Shown: positions 11,762-23,934, numbered from the whole stretch's first letter. The stretch is 63,017 bases of DNA, filler included, from Octopus bimaculoides (GCF_001194135.2; 7 parts of 6 records of this genome joined end to end with filler, not necessarily neighbours in it), one strand, 5' to 3'. The notes: generated from the letters alone by a model not told the origin. Made by a program: numbers and translations.

Positions 11762-12091
11762 AGCATTATTTAGAAAATGATGTCACACGTTATCGAGGCT
11801 ACCATTCTTTCTGGATGTGCAAAAGGGGATGACGTCTTTATTCCAAGAATTCCTCTTACTCCATCAGGAGCAGACATTCCTTTTACATTCAGAAGACTAC
11901 AATTCCCCCTTCGTGTGACTTTTGCCATGTCCATAAACAAATATCAGGGTCAAACACTGTCTGTAGCTGGTCTTCTCTTGGAAGAGCCCTGCTTCTCACA
12001 TGGACAACTGTATGTTGGCTGCTCAAGAGTGGGCAGCAACAAAAAACCTATTTGTATATGCTCCACAAGGGAAAACAAGGAACATAGTTTA
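11762..12091 (+). mobile_element. Helitron PIF1-type helicase C-terminal fragment (pseudogene, cut by gap)
   Basis: VIEATILSGCAKGDDVFIPRIPLTPS...FRRLQFPLRVTFAMSINKYQGQTL...CFSHGQLYVGCSRV, then a frameshift to NLFVYAPQGKTRNIV: typical Helitron RepHel helicase end. Confidence 0.92.
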
Positions 12092-12539
12092 NNNNNNNNN
12101 NNNNNNNNNNNNNNNNNNNNNNNNNNNNNNNNNNNNNNNNNNNNNNNNNNNNNNNNNNNNNNNNNNNNNNNNNNNNNNNNNNNNNNNNNNNNNNNNNNNN
12201 NNNNNNNNNNNNNNNNNNNNNNNNNNNNNNNNNNNNNNNNNNNNNNNNNNNNNNNNNNNNNNNNNNNNNNNNNNNNNNNNNNNNNNNNNNNNNNNNNNNN
12301 NNNNNNNNNNNNNNNNNNNNNNNNNNNNNNNNNNNNNNNNNNNNNNNNNNNNNNNNNNNNNNNNNNNNNNNNNNNNNNNNNNNNNNTATATATATATACA
12401 TATATATATGTATATATATATACACACAGACGTGTGTGTTTGTGTGCATGTCTTTCTGGAGTCGTGTTAGTGTTAATAGCGTCCATGGTAACAGCCAATC
12501 AAATGCGATTGACTTTAACACTGAGTGATCAACTAAACG

Positions 12540-12994
12540 ATGGTGGCGCTGGCGGTGGCTGTAGAAGTAGCAGTGGCCGTAGTAGTGGCAGTGGCAGTGG
12601 TGGTGGTGGTGGTGTCAGTTGTAATAGTATCCTCTGTATTGTTGTTTAGCAGCACTTGATCAGCTCTGATCTAGCTGACCAAGGCGTACCAGCCATGACC
12701 ATCCCATACTATCATTCCATGCCCTTTTTCTTTTTTTCTTTATTTGCATCAGACAATGGAATCTAAGACCTTCCTTATCCAATGTCTCCTCTATTATTGT
12801 TTCAAAGATGGTAGGCTTTATATAAGAGAGATTTGGCTGCTATTTCTGGATGGCTGAGCAACAGCCATCCTCTATATTGTATTGTTGTATGGTGGTGGTG
12901 TATTGGTGCTAGTAGTGGTGGTGGTGGTTGTGGTGTGAAACGTGCTTTACAGTAATGGTATTGAATGGTGGTAACAGTAGTGTTGGTGGTAGTG

Positions 12995-13026
<32 letters not shown>

Positions 13027-13260
13027 TGTGGTGGCAGTAGTAGTGGCATTAGTGGTAGTGGTGGTGATGAAAGTAATAGTGTTGGTGATAGCAATACTGG
13101 TGATTGTCGCAGTGGTGTTGGTGTTGGTGGTTGTGTTGGTGGTGGTAGTGGTGGTGTTGGTTGTTGTGGTGGTGATGGTGGTGATGATAGTAACAGCAGT
13201 ATTAGTGGTGGTGGTGGCGCTGGCGGCGGCAGTGGTGGTGGTGGTGGTGATGCTGGTAAA
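12540..13260. repeat. Mixed (GGT/GTA/GAT)n trinucleotide low-complexity tracts
   Basis: Direct inspection. Similar tracts at 22530-22725, 60480-60960, 61760-61975 and 62330-62570. Confidence 0.85.
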
Positions 13261-13354
13261 TAATATGAAAGAAAGAGATTATTACAAACAAATATACATT
13301 GATTTATTATATTCTTGCTGAACAAAAGTCTGTCTAGAGTCTTTGGTCCAACAC

Positions 13355-13388
<34 letters not shown>

Positions 13389-13891
13389 CACACACACTCA
13401 CACACACACATGCTTACGTGTATGCACATGCTTATACACACACACAAATGGACATAAGCAGAATGCACATACATACACACATGCACAAAGTGAAATGCAC
13501 ACACATCCACACACATGCAACATACATACACACATATTCATATAATACACATATACACTCATACACATACATGCACACACTCGTATATACACACACACAC
13601 ACACACACACGTAGCCCCCATCCAACATTTATTTACAGTTGTCAAAATTTCATACGTCTGTTGCCTTACAATCTGATATGGGTTACAAAGAACTGTAAAT
13701 TCATGTTCTCACTTGCATTATTGCGTTTTACATTGCCAACTGATTGATTGGTAATTTATTAGAAGGTCATAATGGAATGTCGTGAGAAAAATCACAATCT
13801 TTCAATATTTATTTTAACCTTTGTTGACCACTTGACCACTGATTCTGCTAGAAATAGCAGCTATATCTACTTTAGAGCTACTTCTAATGTC

Positions 13892-14960
13892 TTAACCCTT
13901 TAGCATTCAAATTACTCTCTCAAATATATTGCTTATTCATTCGCATTGTTTTGAATTAATCATGCATTGTTTTGTAGTTACAAGATTTTGATGGTCTGGT
14001 TGCTTATTTTTTTAGAATGACATTACAGGGTAGACGTGAGGGGCCAAATCTGGTCAAAAACAGGTGGAATACTTGGGCCAGGCATGACTGGTGTAACCCT
14101 TTAGTATTCAGATTATTCTGCCAAATGTAACGCTCATTTATTCACATTGTCTTGAATTAACCATGCATTATCTCATAGCTTTGAGATTTCAATGATGCGA
14201 TTGTTTCTTTATAGAATGACATTGTAGGGTAGACTTGAGGGGTCAGATCTGGTCAGTCTGAACATAAAACAAGTAGAATATTTGGGCCAGATATGGCTCG
14301 TTTAGCTCTTTAGTATTCTGATTACTCTGTCAAATGTAATGCTTATTTATTCACCTGGTTTGGTCATGTGATGTAGATGGATGCCGACAGCTCCATAAAG
14401 AAGTGCTGATTTCTCAAACTAGATGGAACACAAGGGATGAACTACTGAAGAATGACCACAGGGCACTGAACCCTTCGTGCGAGACGACAAAGGACCGAGA
14501 TTCCTGATGCCTTGTTGTACTCAGAAGACCCATACTCCACAGTAGAAATGTTAAGATCGGTTCCTTTGGCGGTGTAAAGCACTCATGGCCGTACCATGTA
14601 AAGCGCCTGTGTGGGACCATGTAAAAACACCTGTGCGGTTCTATATAAAAGTGCCCATGTGGTGCCATGTAAAAGCACCCAACACACTCTGCAAAGTGGT
14701 TGGCTTTAGGAAGGGCATCCAGCTGGAGAAAGCATGCCAAATCAGACAGGAGTCTGGTGCAGCTTGTCAGCTCTAGTCAAACCCTCCAACCCATGCCAGC
14801 ATGGGCAATAGACATTGAATGGTGTTGATGTTGGTGATTGTTTAGAGCTAATGTATTGTCTCGTAGCTTCAAAATTTCAATGATGTGATTGTTTATTTCT
14901 AGAATGACATTATGTGGTAGGTGTGAGAGGTCAGATCTGGTCAGTTTGAATGTAAAACAT
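13892..14960 (+). mobile_element. Tandem array of a ~200-210-bp piggyBac-like MITE unit, third unit interrupted
   Basis: TTAA-CCCTTTAGCATTC start at 13892, with units restarting at about 14097 and 14306. The third unit breaks at about 14355 and resumes at about 14837-14960 after an RTE-tail insertion. Confidence 0.65.
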
Positions 14961-15224
14961 CGTTTGACAACCAATGCTGGTGTGTGCCCGTGGGGCATGT
15001 CAAAGCTAGGCCGAAACAGCTGTAAGATTAAGTTTATGTTTATTCTCAAATTCTTTATGTACTTTTATTTGTAAACCCAGTTGTCAATATAACATGGTTT
15101 GTCATAAACACTTGTACTTTGTGGTTTTTTGTCACTTTAGTTACGAATTAAGTTAATGAATTCAACGGAATACACTGTCTGCAAGTCATTGGGTTTAGCA
15201 TATTATCCTCCATTTTCTAATTGA

Positions 15225-15264
<40 letters not shown>

Positions 15265-15268
<4 letters not shown>

Positions 15269-15375
15269 CAATGTTAATTCTCTAAATGAAGTATTAACAG
15301 TAACTGCACGATAAAGTGAAGTGTATTGCCACTTAAGTGTGGCTGACCCCTAGGGGTGGATGTTACTGTTGCTTT
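15265..15375 (-). repeat. (TA)n-flanked element, copy 2 (inverted relative to 9987-10118)
   Basis: AAGCAATGTTAATTCTC...GGATGTTACTGTTGCTTT between TA runs. Confidence 0.85.
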
Positions 15376-15605
15376 ATATATATATATATATTGGTGCAAA
15401 TGGTTTTGTTATACGGTGCTAAGTTTTACAATCCTGCAAATAATAATAATAATGGTATTTATATATAAGCTTAAAGCTTATGGCAATCACCGTGCAATGA
15501 CTAAGGAAAATAGTCTAATAAAGGGGCATCTAAGCCCTCGACAGAAAAAGAAGGCTTTCCCATCCGCATGGGACTCAAACCCATATAAGCTTTAAGCATA
15601 TATAC

Positions 15606-16004
15606 TCTTTTACTTGTTTCAGTCATTTGACTGTGGCCATGCTGGAGCACCACCTTTAGTCAAGCAAATCGACCCCTGGACTTATTCTTTGTAAGCCTAG
15701 TACTTATTCTATCGGTCTCTTTTGCCGAACTGCTAAGTTACGGGGATGTAAACACACCAGCATCGGTTGTCGAGTGATGTTGGGGGGGCAAACACAGACA
15801 CACAAACATATACATACGCACATACATATATATATATATATNNNNNNNNNNNNNNNNNNNNNNNNNNNNNNNNNNNNNNNNNNNNNNNNNNNNNNNNNNN
15901 NNNNNNNNNNNNNNNNNNNNNNNNNNNNNNNNNNNNNNNNNNNNNNNNNNNNNNNGAGTAATATGCTTTATTTAAAAGCAGCAGAAATATAACAAAAAAA
16001 CCGT

Positions 16005-16049
<45 letters not shown>

Positions 16050-16160
16050 TATATATATATGATGGGCTTCTTTCAGTTTCCGTCTACCAAATCCACTCTC
16101 AAAGCACTGGTTGGCCCTTGGCTATTGTAGAAGTCACTTGCCCAGGGTGTCATTCAGTCA
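15606..16160 (-). mobile_element. SINE family A, split by a gap at the internal (TA)n
   Basis: Tail at 15606-15800 and head-side portion at 16060-16160 match family A. Confidence 0.75.
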
Positions 16161-16543
16161 CACTAATCCCCAAATCCTGCCATTACAAAGTGAGCTGCTT
16201 AACTACATGAGATTGTCAGGTTTAAAATATGAGTAAGACATTTCATTATCAGTGAACAAAAAAACATAATTAATGCGACCTCTAGGTAATTATGGTTGAT
16301 GTTTTGCAAACAACTTGCACCTTTAATAGCTACCAGTCGAAAGCTCTGCATACCGGAAGCCAGCAAGTGTATGGGGTCATCAGGAGAGAATGCGCGCCGT
16401 TTCAGGGCCTACCTCTCGACGACATCATTGCACCTCCCTGACTCACTGATATGACCATCTGTATGAAGGATTACTTACCTAAATTCAGTGCAATACATCC
16501 ACTAGTTTTCAAAAATAGAAATAACAAACACATACACACACAC

Positions 16544-16581
<38 letters not shown>

Positions 16582-17699
16582 NNNNNNNNNNNNNNNNNNN
16601 NNNNNNNNNNNNNNNNNNNNNNNNNNNNNNNNNNNNNNNNNNNNNNNNNNNNNNNNNNNNNNNNNNNNNNNNNNNNNNNNNNNNNNNNNNNNNNNNNNNN
16701 NNNNNNNNNNNNNNNNNNNNNNNNNNNNNNNNNNNNNNNNNNNNNNNNNNNNNNNNNNNNNNNNNNNNNNNNNNNNNNNNNNNNNNNNNNNNNNNNNNNN
16801 NNNNNNNNNNNNNNNNNNNNNNNNNNNNNNNNNNNNNNNNNNNNNNNNNNNNNNNNNNNNNNNNNNNNNNNNNNNNNNNNNNNNNNNNNNNNNNNNNNNN
16901 NNNNNNNNNNNNNNNNNNNNNNNNNNNNNNNNNNNNNNNNNNNNNNNNNNNNNNNNNNNNNNNNNNNNNNNNNNNNNNNNNNNNNNNNNNNNNNNNNNNN
17001 NNNNNNNNNNNNNNNNNNNNNNNNNNNNNNNNNNNNNNNNNNNNNNNNNNNNNNNNNNNNNNNNNNNNNNNNNNNNNNNNNNNNNNNNNNNNNNNNNNNN
17101 NNNNNNNNNNNNNNNNNNNNNNNNNNNNNNNNNNNNNNNNNNNNNNNNNNNNNNNNNNNNNNNNNNNNNNNNNNNNNNNNNNNNNNNNNNNNNNNNNNNN
17201 NNNNNNNNNNNNNNNNNNNNNNNNNNNNNNNNNNNNNNNNNNNNNNNNNNNNNNNNNNNNNNNNNNNNNNNNNNNNNNNNNNNNNNNNNNNNNNNNNNNN
17301 NNNNNNNNNNNNNNNNNNNNNNNNNNNNNNNNNNNNNNNNNNNNNNNNNNNNNNNNNNNNNNNNNNNNNNNNNNNNNNNNNNNNNNNNNNNNNNNNNNNN
17401 NNNNNNNNNNNNNNNNNNNNNNCTACTCCCCTCTTCCCTCTCACCCCCACCCACCCACTTGTTCGTTATTGTTGTTAATTAGGCAACAATTTAGAAAGAC
17501 AGCCAAATTCCAAGTCTCTTGACCAAACCTCCTGCCTCTATTAATTCTTCCATGTCATCAATATATTGACAAACCAACATTGATTCCAAAGTTCCAACAT
17601 TAGATCTAATGTTATATCTGCCCCTTTCTCATCAAATAACCAATGGTTTTATTGACTCGGCGAGTTAGCCTACAGCGCCAGATGTTTCTGGTTCTTATT

Positions 17700-19122
17700 T
17701 ATCCCCCCCCTCTCTTTCTCACACACACACATCTCTCTCACATACACACTCTCCCTCTCTCTCACCCCCTCTCTCTCTCCCACACACACTCTCTCTCTCA
17801 CATACACATTCTCCCTTTCTCTCACACACACACACATGCTCTCTCTCACACACACACATGCTCTCTCTCACACACACACACTCTCTCTCACACACACACT
17901 CTCTCTCTCACCCCCTCTCTCTCTCNNNNNNNNNNNNNNNNNNNNNNNNNNNNNNNNNNNNNNNNNNNNNNNNNNNNNNNNNNNNNNNNNNNNNNNNNNN
18001 NNNNNNNNNNNNNNNNNNNNNNNNNNNNNNNNNNNNNNNNNNNNNNNNNNNNNNNNNNNNNNNNNNNNNNNNNNNNNNNNNNNNNNNNNNNNNNNNNNNN
18101 NNNNNNNNNNNNNNNNNNNNNNNNNNNNNNNNNNNNNNNNNNNNNNNNNNNNNNNNNNNNNNNNNNNNNNNNNNNNNNNNNNNNNNNNNNNNNNNNNNNN
18201 NNNNNNNNNNNNNNNNNNNNNNNNNNNNNNNNNNNNNNNNNNNNNNNNNNNNNNNNNNNNNNNNNNNNNNNNNNNNNNNNNNNNNNNNNNNNNNNNNNNN
18301 NNNNNNNNNNNNNNNNNNNNNNNNNNNNNNNNNNNNNNNNNNNNNNNNNNNNNNNNNNNNNNNNNNNNNNNNNNNNNNNNNNNNNNNNNNNNNNNNNNNN
18401 NNNNNNNNNNNNNNNNNNNNNNNNNNNNNNNNNNNNNNNNNNNNNNNNNNNNNNNNNNNNNNNNNNNNNNNNNNNNNNNNNNNNNNNNNNNNNNNNNNNN
18501 NNNNNNNNNNNNNNNNNNNNNNNNNNNNNNNNNNNNNNNNNNNNNNNNNNNNNNNNNNNNNNNNNNNNNNNNNNNNNNNNNNNNNNNNNNNNNNNNNNNN
18601 NNNNNNNNNNNNNNNNNNNNNNNNNNNNNNNNNNNNNNNNNNNNNNNNNNNNNNNNNNNNNNNNNNNNNNNNNNNNNNNNNNNNNNNNNCTCACATACAC
18701 ACTCTCCCTCTCTCACTCACACACATGCTCTCTCTCTCACATACTTGGAGATCCCTCTCTCTCTCACACACACCCATCTCTCTCTCTCTCACACACACCC
18801 ATCTCTCTCTCTCACACACACGCACTCCCTCTCTCTCTCACACACACACACACTCTCTCTCTCTCTCACACGCACTCCCTCTCTATATCACACACACACT
18901 CCCTCTCTCTCTCACACACACACACTCCCCCTCTCTCTCTCACACACACACACTGTCTCTCTCTCTCTCTCTCACACACACACTCTCTCTCTCTCACAGA
19001 CACTCTCTTTCTCTCTCTCTCTCTCTCTCTCACAGACACATACACACTCTCTCTTTCTCTCTCTCACACACACTCCCTCTCTATATCACACACAGAGTCC
19101 CCCCTCTCCCCCCCTCTCTCTT
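17700..19122. repeat. Compound (CT)n/(CA)n tract around a gap
   Basis: Direct inspection. Confidence 0.9.
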
Positions 19123-19494
19123 GAAATCCATTCTGTCAGATATTAACTTGTAAAACATAATAAGCCAACTGCTGCTTGCTTTTAGTGCATTGTTGTTTCC
19201 CCATGCAATAAAAATATCCTCATTAGATAACGAGTTTCCAGGTTATTATCCTGATTCACAGCACAGCTATTTAGTCGTTACAATGCAGTTGTCCAAATAC
19301 ATTTCCTTCTCTGTTCACTGTTCACCATTTTATGTTCGCTATTCAGCATTTTACATTCACCGTTCAACAGCTCATTTTTCTCTGTTCACCACCCCTGTTT
19401 ATTCTATGTTCATAGTTCACAGCCTTATATTGTTTTCCATTCACATGTTCACCCCACCTCATATTCTTGCAGTGAGCTGCCAGAATTGTTTGCA

Positions 19495-19650
19495 GGCGTG
19501 GCTGTGTGGTAAGAAGCTTGCTTCCCGGCCACATGGTTCCGGGTTCAGTCCCACTGCGTAGCACCTTGGGCAAGTGCCTTCTACTATAGCCTCGAACCAA
19601 CCAAAGCTTTGTGAATGGATTTGGTAGACGGAAATTGAAAGAAGCCCATC

Positions 19651-19716
<66 letters not shown>

Positions 19717-19877
19717 TTCTGTGTTTGTCACTCCATCATCACTTGACAACCAATGTTGGTGTGTTTATGTCTCTGTAACTTACCAGGCTTACAAAGAATA
19801 AATCCTGGGGTTGATTTGTTTGACTAAAGGCAGCACTCCAGCATGGTCGCAGTCAAATGACTGAAACAAGTAAAAGA
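19495..19877 (+). mobile_element. SINE family A, full length
   Basis: GGCGTGGCTGTGTGGTAAGAAGCTTGCTTCCC...GGGTTCAGTCCC...(TA)n(TG)n...GACTGAAACAAGTAAAAGA. Confidence 0.9.
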
Positions 19878-19971
19878 AATGCTGGACCAAATGCTTAGCA
19901 ACATTTCTTCTACCTACATTATTTACATTATTTACATTTGACAGATATTTGTCCTCATCTTGTTTGTTGTT

Positions 19972-20014
19972 AACACGTTTCGGATGATATTCCTTCCAGC
20001 CTTCATCGGGTGTC
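19972..20014 (-). ncRNA. Degenerate hammerhead-like motif within a short repeat
   Basis: Minus strand GACAC-CCGATGA-A-GGCTG-GAAGGAATAT-CATCC-GAAA-CGTGTT: one core substitution and one stem II mismatch relative to a canonical minimal hammerhead. Confidence 0.4.
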
Positions 20015-20691
20015 TTGGGGAAATTTCGAACCTGGGTTATCATTCCTAAAGTACTTTTCAATGTTATTATTATTATTATTATTTAGGTCATTGCCTGGAA
20101 TCGAACTTGAAATCATGACCATTCCATCACATCCCATCCCATCCCATCATCCCATGCACCCCCTTTTTTTTTTCCTGGACAATGGTATCTAAGACCTGTA
20201 ACCTTAGATATCCACAAGCTTTTAATAATCCTTCAAGTGCTCAAAACCTTTCTGATGATATTTCCTGTTCATAAGAGGCAAACTTTCTGTAGAGGCTCTA
20301 TAACACATCCCATTCCAATCGTCTTCAACTATTTGTCTATATATCATTATTCACAGTCCCTAACACACCAATTATTACAGGCACAACCATTACTGTTTTC
20401 ATATTCCAAGTTCTCACAATTTCAAACTTTATGGGATAATATTTTTTTTTATTTTTCATTTTCTCTCTTTACAATCCTGCTATCAAATGGACACAATGGA
20501 TCAGTTAGTTAGCAACTTCGATTTTCCTTTTCTATTATTGTTATATCTGGTTTATTATTTTCCATCTTTTTATCTGTTTGAATGAGAAAATCTCATAAAA
20601 TCTGGCGTTTCTCCAACACAAGCAATTATTATTATTATTATTATTATTATTGTTATTTGTAATTGGTTTTTCTTGTATTTTATCCTTTCAG

Positions 20692-20809
20692 GGAGAAGCG
20701 ACCCAAAGTCGATGTCAAAGATTACACGATAGCAAATGTTAAAAACACAACTATGGGCCGCATGCCGGGGACTGTCGATGGACAGCAGTTTATTATAGAA
20801 AAATGCGAG
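20692..20809 (+). CDS. RP2: Protein XRP2 (retinitis pigmentosa 2 homolog), internal coding exon
   Basis: Acceptor TCCTTTCAG and donor GAG|GTAAGT. Encodes (W)EKRPKVDVKDYTIANVKNTTMGRMPGTVDGQQFIIEKCE, aligning with human RP2 [40 protein letters not shown] (recalled sequence). Ends in phase 0. Confidence 0.93.
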
Positions 20810-20887
20810 GTAAGTTACTTTCACTTTCACTTTCAAATGTCAGAGCTATCAGACTGACATCTTACAGATGACACTGTTAATGCTCAA

Positions 20888-21030
20888 TCACTGGTACTTA
20901 ATTTATCGACCCTGAAAGGGTGAAAAGGCAAAGTTGACCTCAGTGAAATTTGAACTCAGAATGTAACAACAGATGAGTTACAACTAAGTATTTTGCCTGG
21001 CATGTTAGTGATTCTGTCAGCTTGCTGCCT
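20888..21030 (-). mobile_element. SINE family C copy in RP2 intron
   Basis: CACTGGTACTTAATTTATCGACCCTGAAAGGGTGAAAAGGCAAAGTTGACC...GATTCTGTCAGCTTGC. Confidence 0.75.
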
Positions 21031-21089
21031 TGATAATAATAATAATAATGATGATGATAATAATAATAATAATTATAATAATAATGATG

Positions 21090-21171
<82 letters not shown>

Positions 21172-21188
21172 TAATAATAATAATGATA

Positions 21189-21219
<31 letters not shown>

Positions 21220-21238
21220 TGATGATGATGATAATAAC

Positions 21239-21277
<39 letters not shown>
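21031..21277. repeat. (AAT)n/(GAT)n trinucleotide microsatellite
   Basis: Direct inspection; runs into a gap. Confidence 0.95.
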
Positions 21278-22182
21278 NNNNNNNNNNNNNNNNNNNNNNN
21301 NNNNNNNNNNNNNNNNNNNNNNNNNNNNNNNNNNNNNNNNNNNNNNNNNNNNNNNNNNNNNNNNNNNNNNNNNNNNNNNNNNNNNNNNNNNNNNNNNNNN
21401 NNNNNNNNNNNNNNNNNNNNNNNNNNNNNNNNNNNNNNNNNNNNNNNNNNNNNNNNNNNNNNNNNNNNNNNNNNNNNNNNNNNNNNNNNNNNNNNNNNNN
21501 NNNNNNNNNNNNNNNNNNNNNNNNNNNNNNNNNNNNNNNNNNNNNNNNNNNNNNNNNNNNNNNNNNNNNNNNNNNNNNNNNNNNNNNNNNNNNNNNNNNN
21601 NNNNNNNNNNNNNNNNNNNNNNNNNNNNNNNNNNNNNNNNNNNNNNNNNNNNNNNNNNNNNNNNNNNNNNNNNNNNNNNNNNNNNNNNNNNNNNNNNNNN
21701 NNNNNNNNNNNNNNNNNNNNNNNNNNNNNNNNNNNNNNNNNNNNNNNNNNNNNNNNNNNNNNNNNNNNNNNNNNNNNNNNNNNNNNNNNNNNNNNNNNNN
21801 NNNNNNNNNNNNNNNNNNNNNNNNNGGTATAAAAGATGGGCTACAGCAAATATTCTGCTTAATACCACAGATTTGCTTGTCAGTTGTTTGACCTTAACCA
21901 GTTGAGCATGTCCCTTGGTGGTTGATGATATGTGCATCTCTGATCATGAGCAGAAGTAGTGGTTGGGGCATCATAGCCATGTGTTGAGAGGAATTCTTTG
22001 GAGTTTGGATAATTCACCTTTGGAAACATGGGTGTTTTGTTCAACATCCTTAAACAAACCTTATTCAGGGACCTTTTGAGTGGAATGGGCTACTCTGCCT
22101 GAAGAAAATTCTAACTGGGCCCCACCTGTGAGGTCATGCGCTGTTTATCTTGATATGAGATCACCATGTCGCGCACATTTGT

Positions 22183-22349
22183 AGGGTAAGTTTACCATTA
22201 TTAGTTCACCGCAGGGAAAGCTCACTGTCATCAATTTACCTCAGGGAAAGTTCATTTTCATTAAATAACATTTTTTTTTTTCAATAAAATAGTTTTTTTA
22301 ACTATTAATGGTGAGATACTATGGATATATTTTCGTGGTAAACTTTCCT
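22183..22349. mobile_element. Possible small MITE with imperfect TIRs
   Basis: AGGGTAAGTTTACCA versus TGGTAAACTTTCCT; internal repeats CAGGGAAAG(C/T)TCA. Confidence 0.3.
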
Positions 22350-22763
22350 GTTGCTGGCCTTGTGCCAAATTTTGAAATCAATATTTTGTGAGGATCTTTC
22401 TGACCATGGGGGAATATTTACCTTACTTGGTGACAAGTGAGAGTTGGTGACAGGAAGGGCATCTGGCTGTCAAAAATCTGCCTTAAATAAATGCAGTCCC
22501 AACTTAAGCAAGCATAAAAAAGAGAACACTAAAATGATGATGGTGATGATGGTGGTGGTGATGGTGATAATGGTGGTGGTGGCAGTGGTAATAATGATGA
22601 CGGTGATGGTGGTGGTGTTGATGATGGTGATGGTAGTGGTGGTGGTGATGGTCGTAGTGGTGATGGTGGTGGTGATGGTCATGATGGTGATGGTGGTGGT
22701 GGTGATGATGATGAAGATGATTTGACTAATTTTTTTTTGTTTTTTTTTTTTGTCTATTTTAAG

Positions 22764-22855
22764 GATACCAATATTTACATCTTTGACCATTCAGCATCCG
22801 TGACCATCGATGACTGTATCAACTGCAGAATATTTCTGGGACCAGTGAAAACAAG
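22764..22855 (+). CDS. RP2: Protein XRP2, next coding exon (TBCC/CARP beta-helix)
   Basis: Poly-T tract, TTTAAG| acceptor and AG|GTAAGT donor. Encodes [30 protein letters not shown](S), matching human [31 protein letters not shown] (recalled). Phase 0 start fits the preceding exon. Confidence 0.95.
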
Positions 22856-23363
22856 GTAAGTGCCTCATGGTATTGATTTCATTTCATTCGGACCTGCCTG
22901 CCCCACGATATGTCCCCAGAGAATCTCTTCTCCGCATCATATCCTCCTACCAACACCTCCATCTCTCCCTACTGTCCTCCCTCCACCTGTGTCCAGCCAT
23001 ACCATGCTACATTCTCCCCCGCTCCTCCATCTCACACTCTCTTTTGCAATTGCAATAACTTACTCACCTGCTCGCCCTGTCCAATCCCTGGTTCCACTTT
23101 TATATAACTTGGACGTATGCCCTGACACTTTTCTCCCATTCTATTCCTTTCCACTCTTTCTCCCTCCAACTGAGGTAGCCATGTGTCCCCTCTTCAGCAA
23201 GATCCTATTTCGGTACTTCTACTCATACACTATCCAAGGGGTTCGCAATCATCTTTTAACCTATGGACCCTTTTAGTTTCTATTCTATTCTAGAGGACCC
23301 CTATAGCTATTCAATATTTAAAATCTAGCTTAAAATCCACCTGATAGAGCAGCTTTTAAGCTA

Positions 23364-23395
<32 letters not shown>

Positions 23396-23643
23396 NNNNN
23401 NNNNNNNNNNNNNNNNNNNNNNNNNNNNNNNNNNNNNNNTTAATTAATTAANNNNNNNNNNNNNNNNNNNNNNNNNNNNNNNNNNNNNNNNNNNNCATAA
23501 AACATAAATGAAAACTGGCGCCCCCGTTTTAAAATAGATCCGTTTGTATTCGTATCAAGGTGAATTATAGATGTTTTCGTTAAATCATCTATGTTTTTCA
23601 ACATGCACGGAAATAGCCGAAGCTATCTCTCTCTCTGTGTATA

Positions 23644-23842
23644 CAGAGTGGCGCAAAAGTAGGTTTACAGTTATTCAACTATCCCTTTCGCATTCATATA
23701 TTAACAGTTTAGATCTTAATTATAAAGATATATGAAACCATTACTCTTAATTGTAAGATAGAAATTTTAATGTAATAAAATGTTTTAAAAGAAATTTAAA
23801 GTGCTTACGTGATAACTGTAAACCTACTTTTGGGCCACCCTG
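23644..23842. mobile_element. Tc1/mariner MITE, 199 bp, ~31-bp TIRs, TA TSD
   Basis: TA|CAGAGTGGCGCAAAAGTAGGTTTACAGTTAT ... ATAACTGTAAACCTACTTTTGGGCCACCCTG|TA (2 mismatches). Confidence 0.9.
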
Positions 23843-23934
23843 TATATATTATATATACATATGTATATATATTTATATTCTCTATATTATAGTATATATA
23901 TTTCATAGATATTATAGATCTGTGTGTGTGTAAA

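Noticed and set aside
12909-13321. Gly/Ser-rich, poly-Val and poly-Pro ORFs
   Set aside because: Trinucleotide low-complexity DNA open in several frames; no splice or homology support.
16320-16520. Unique CpG-containing segment with a minus-strand AG|GTAAGT donor and a possible 23-nt microexon
   Set aside because: No recognisable peptide and no partner exons; single splice-like motifs are expected by chance.
22900-23280. Pyrimidine-rich ORFs after the second RP2 exon, faintly similar to a PLE linker/GIY-YIG region
   Set aside because: Not RP2-like, and the similarity is too weak to call.
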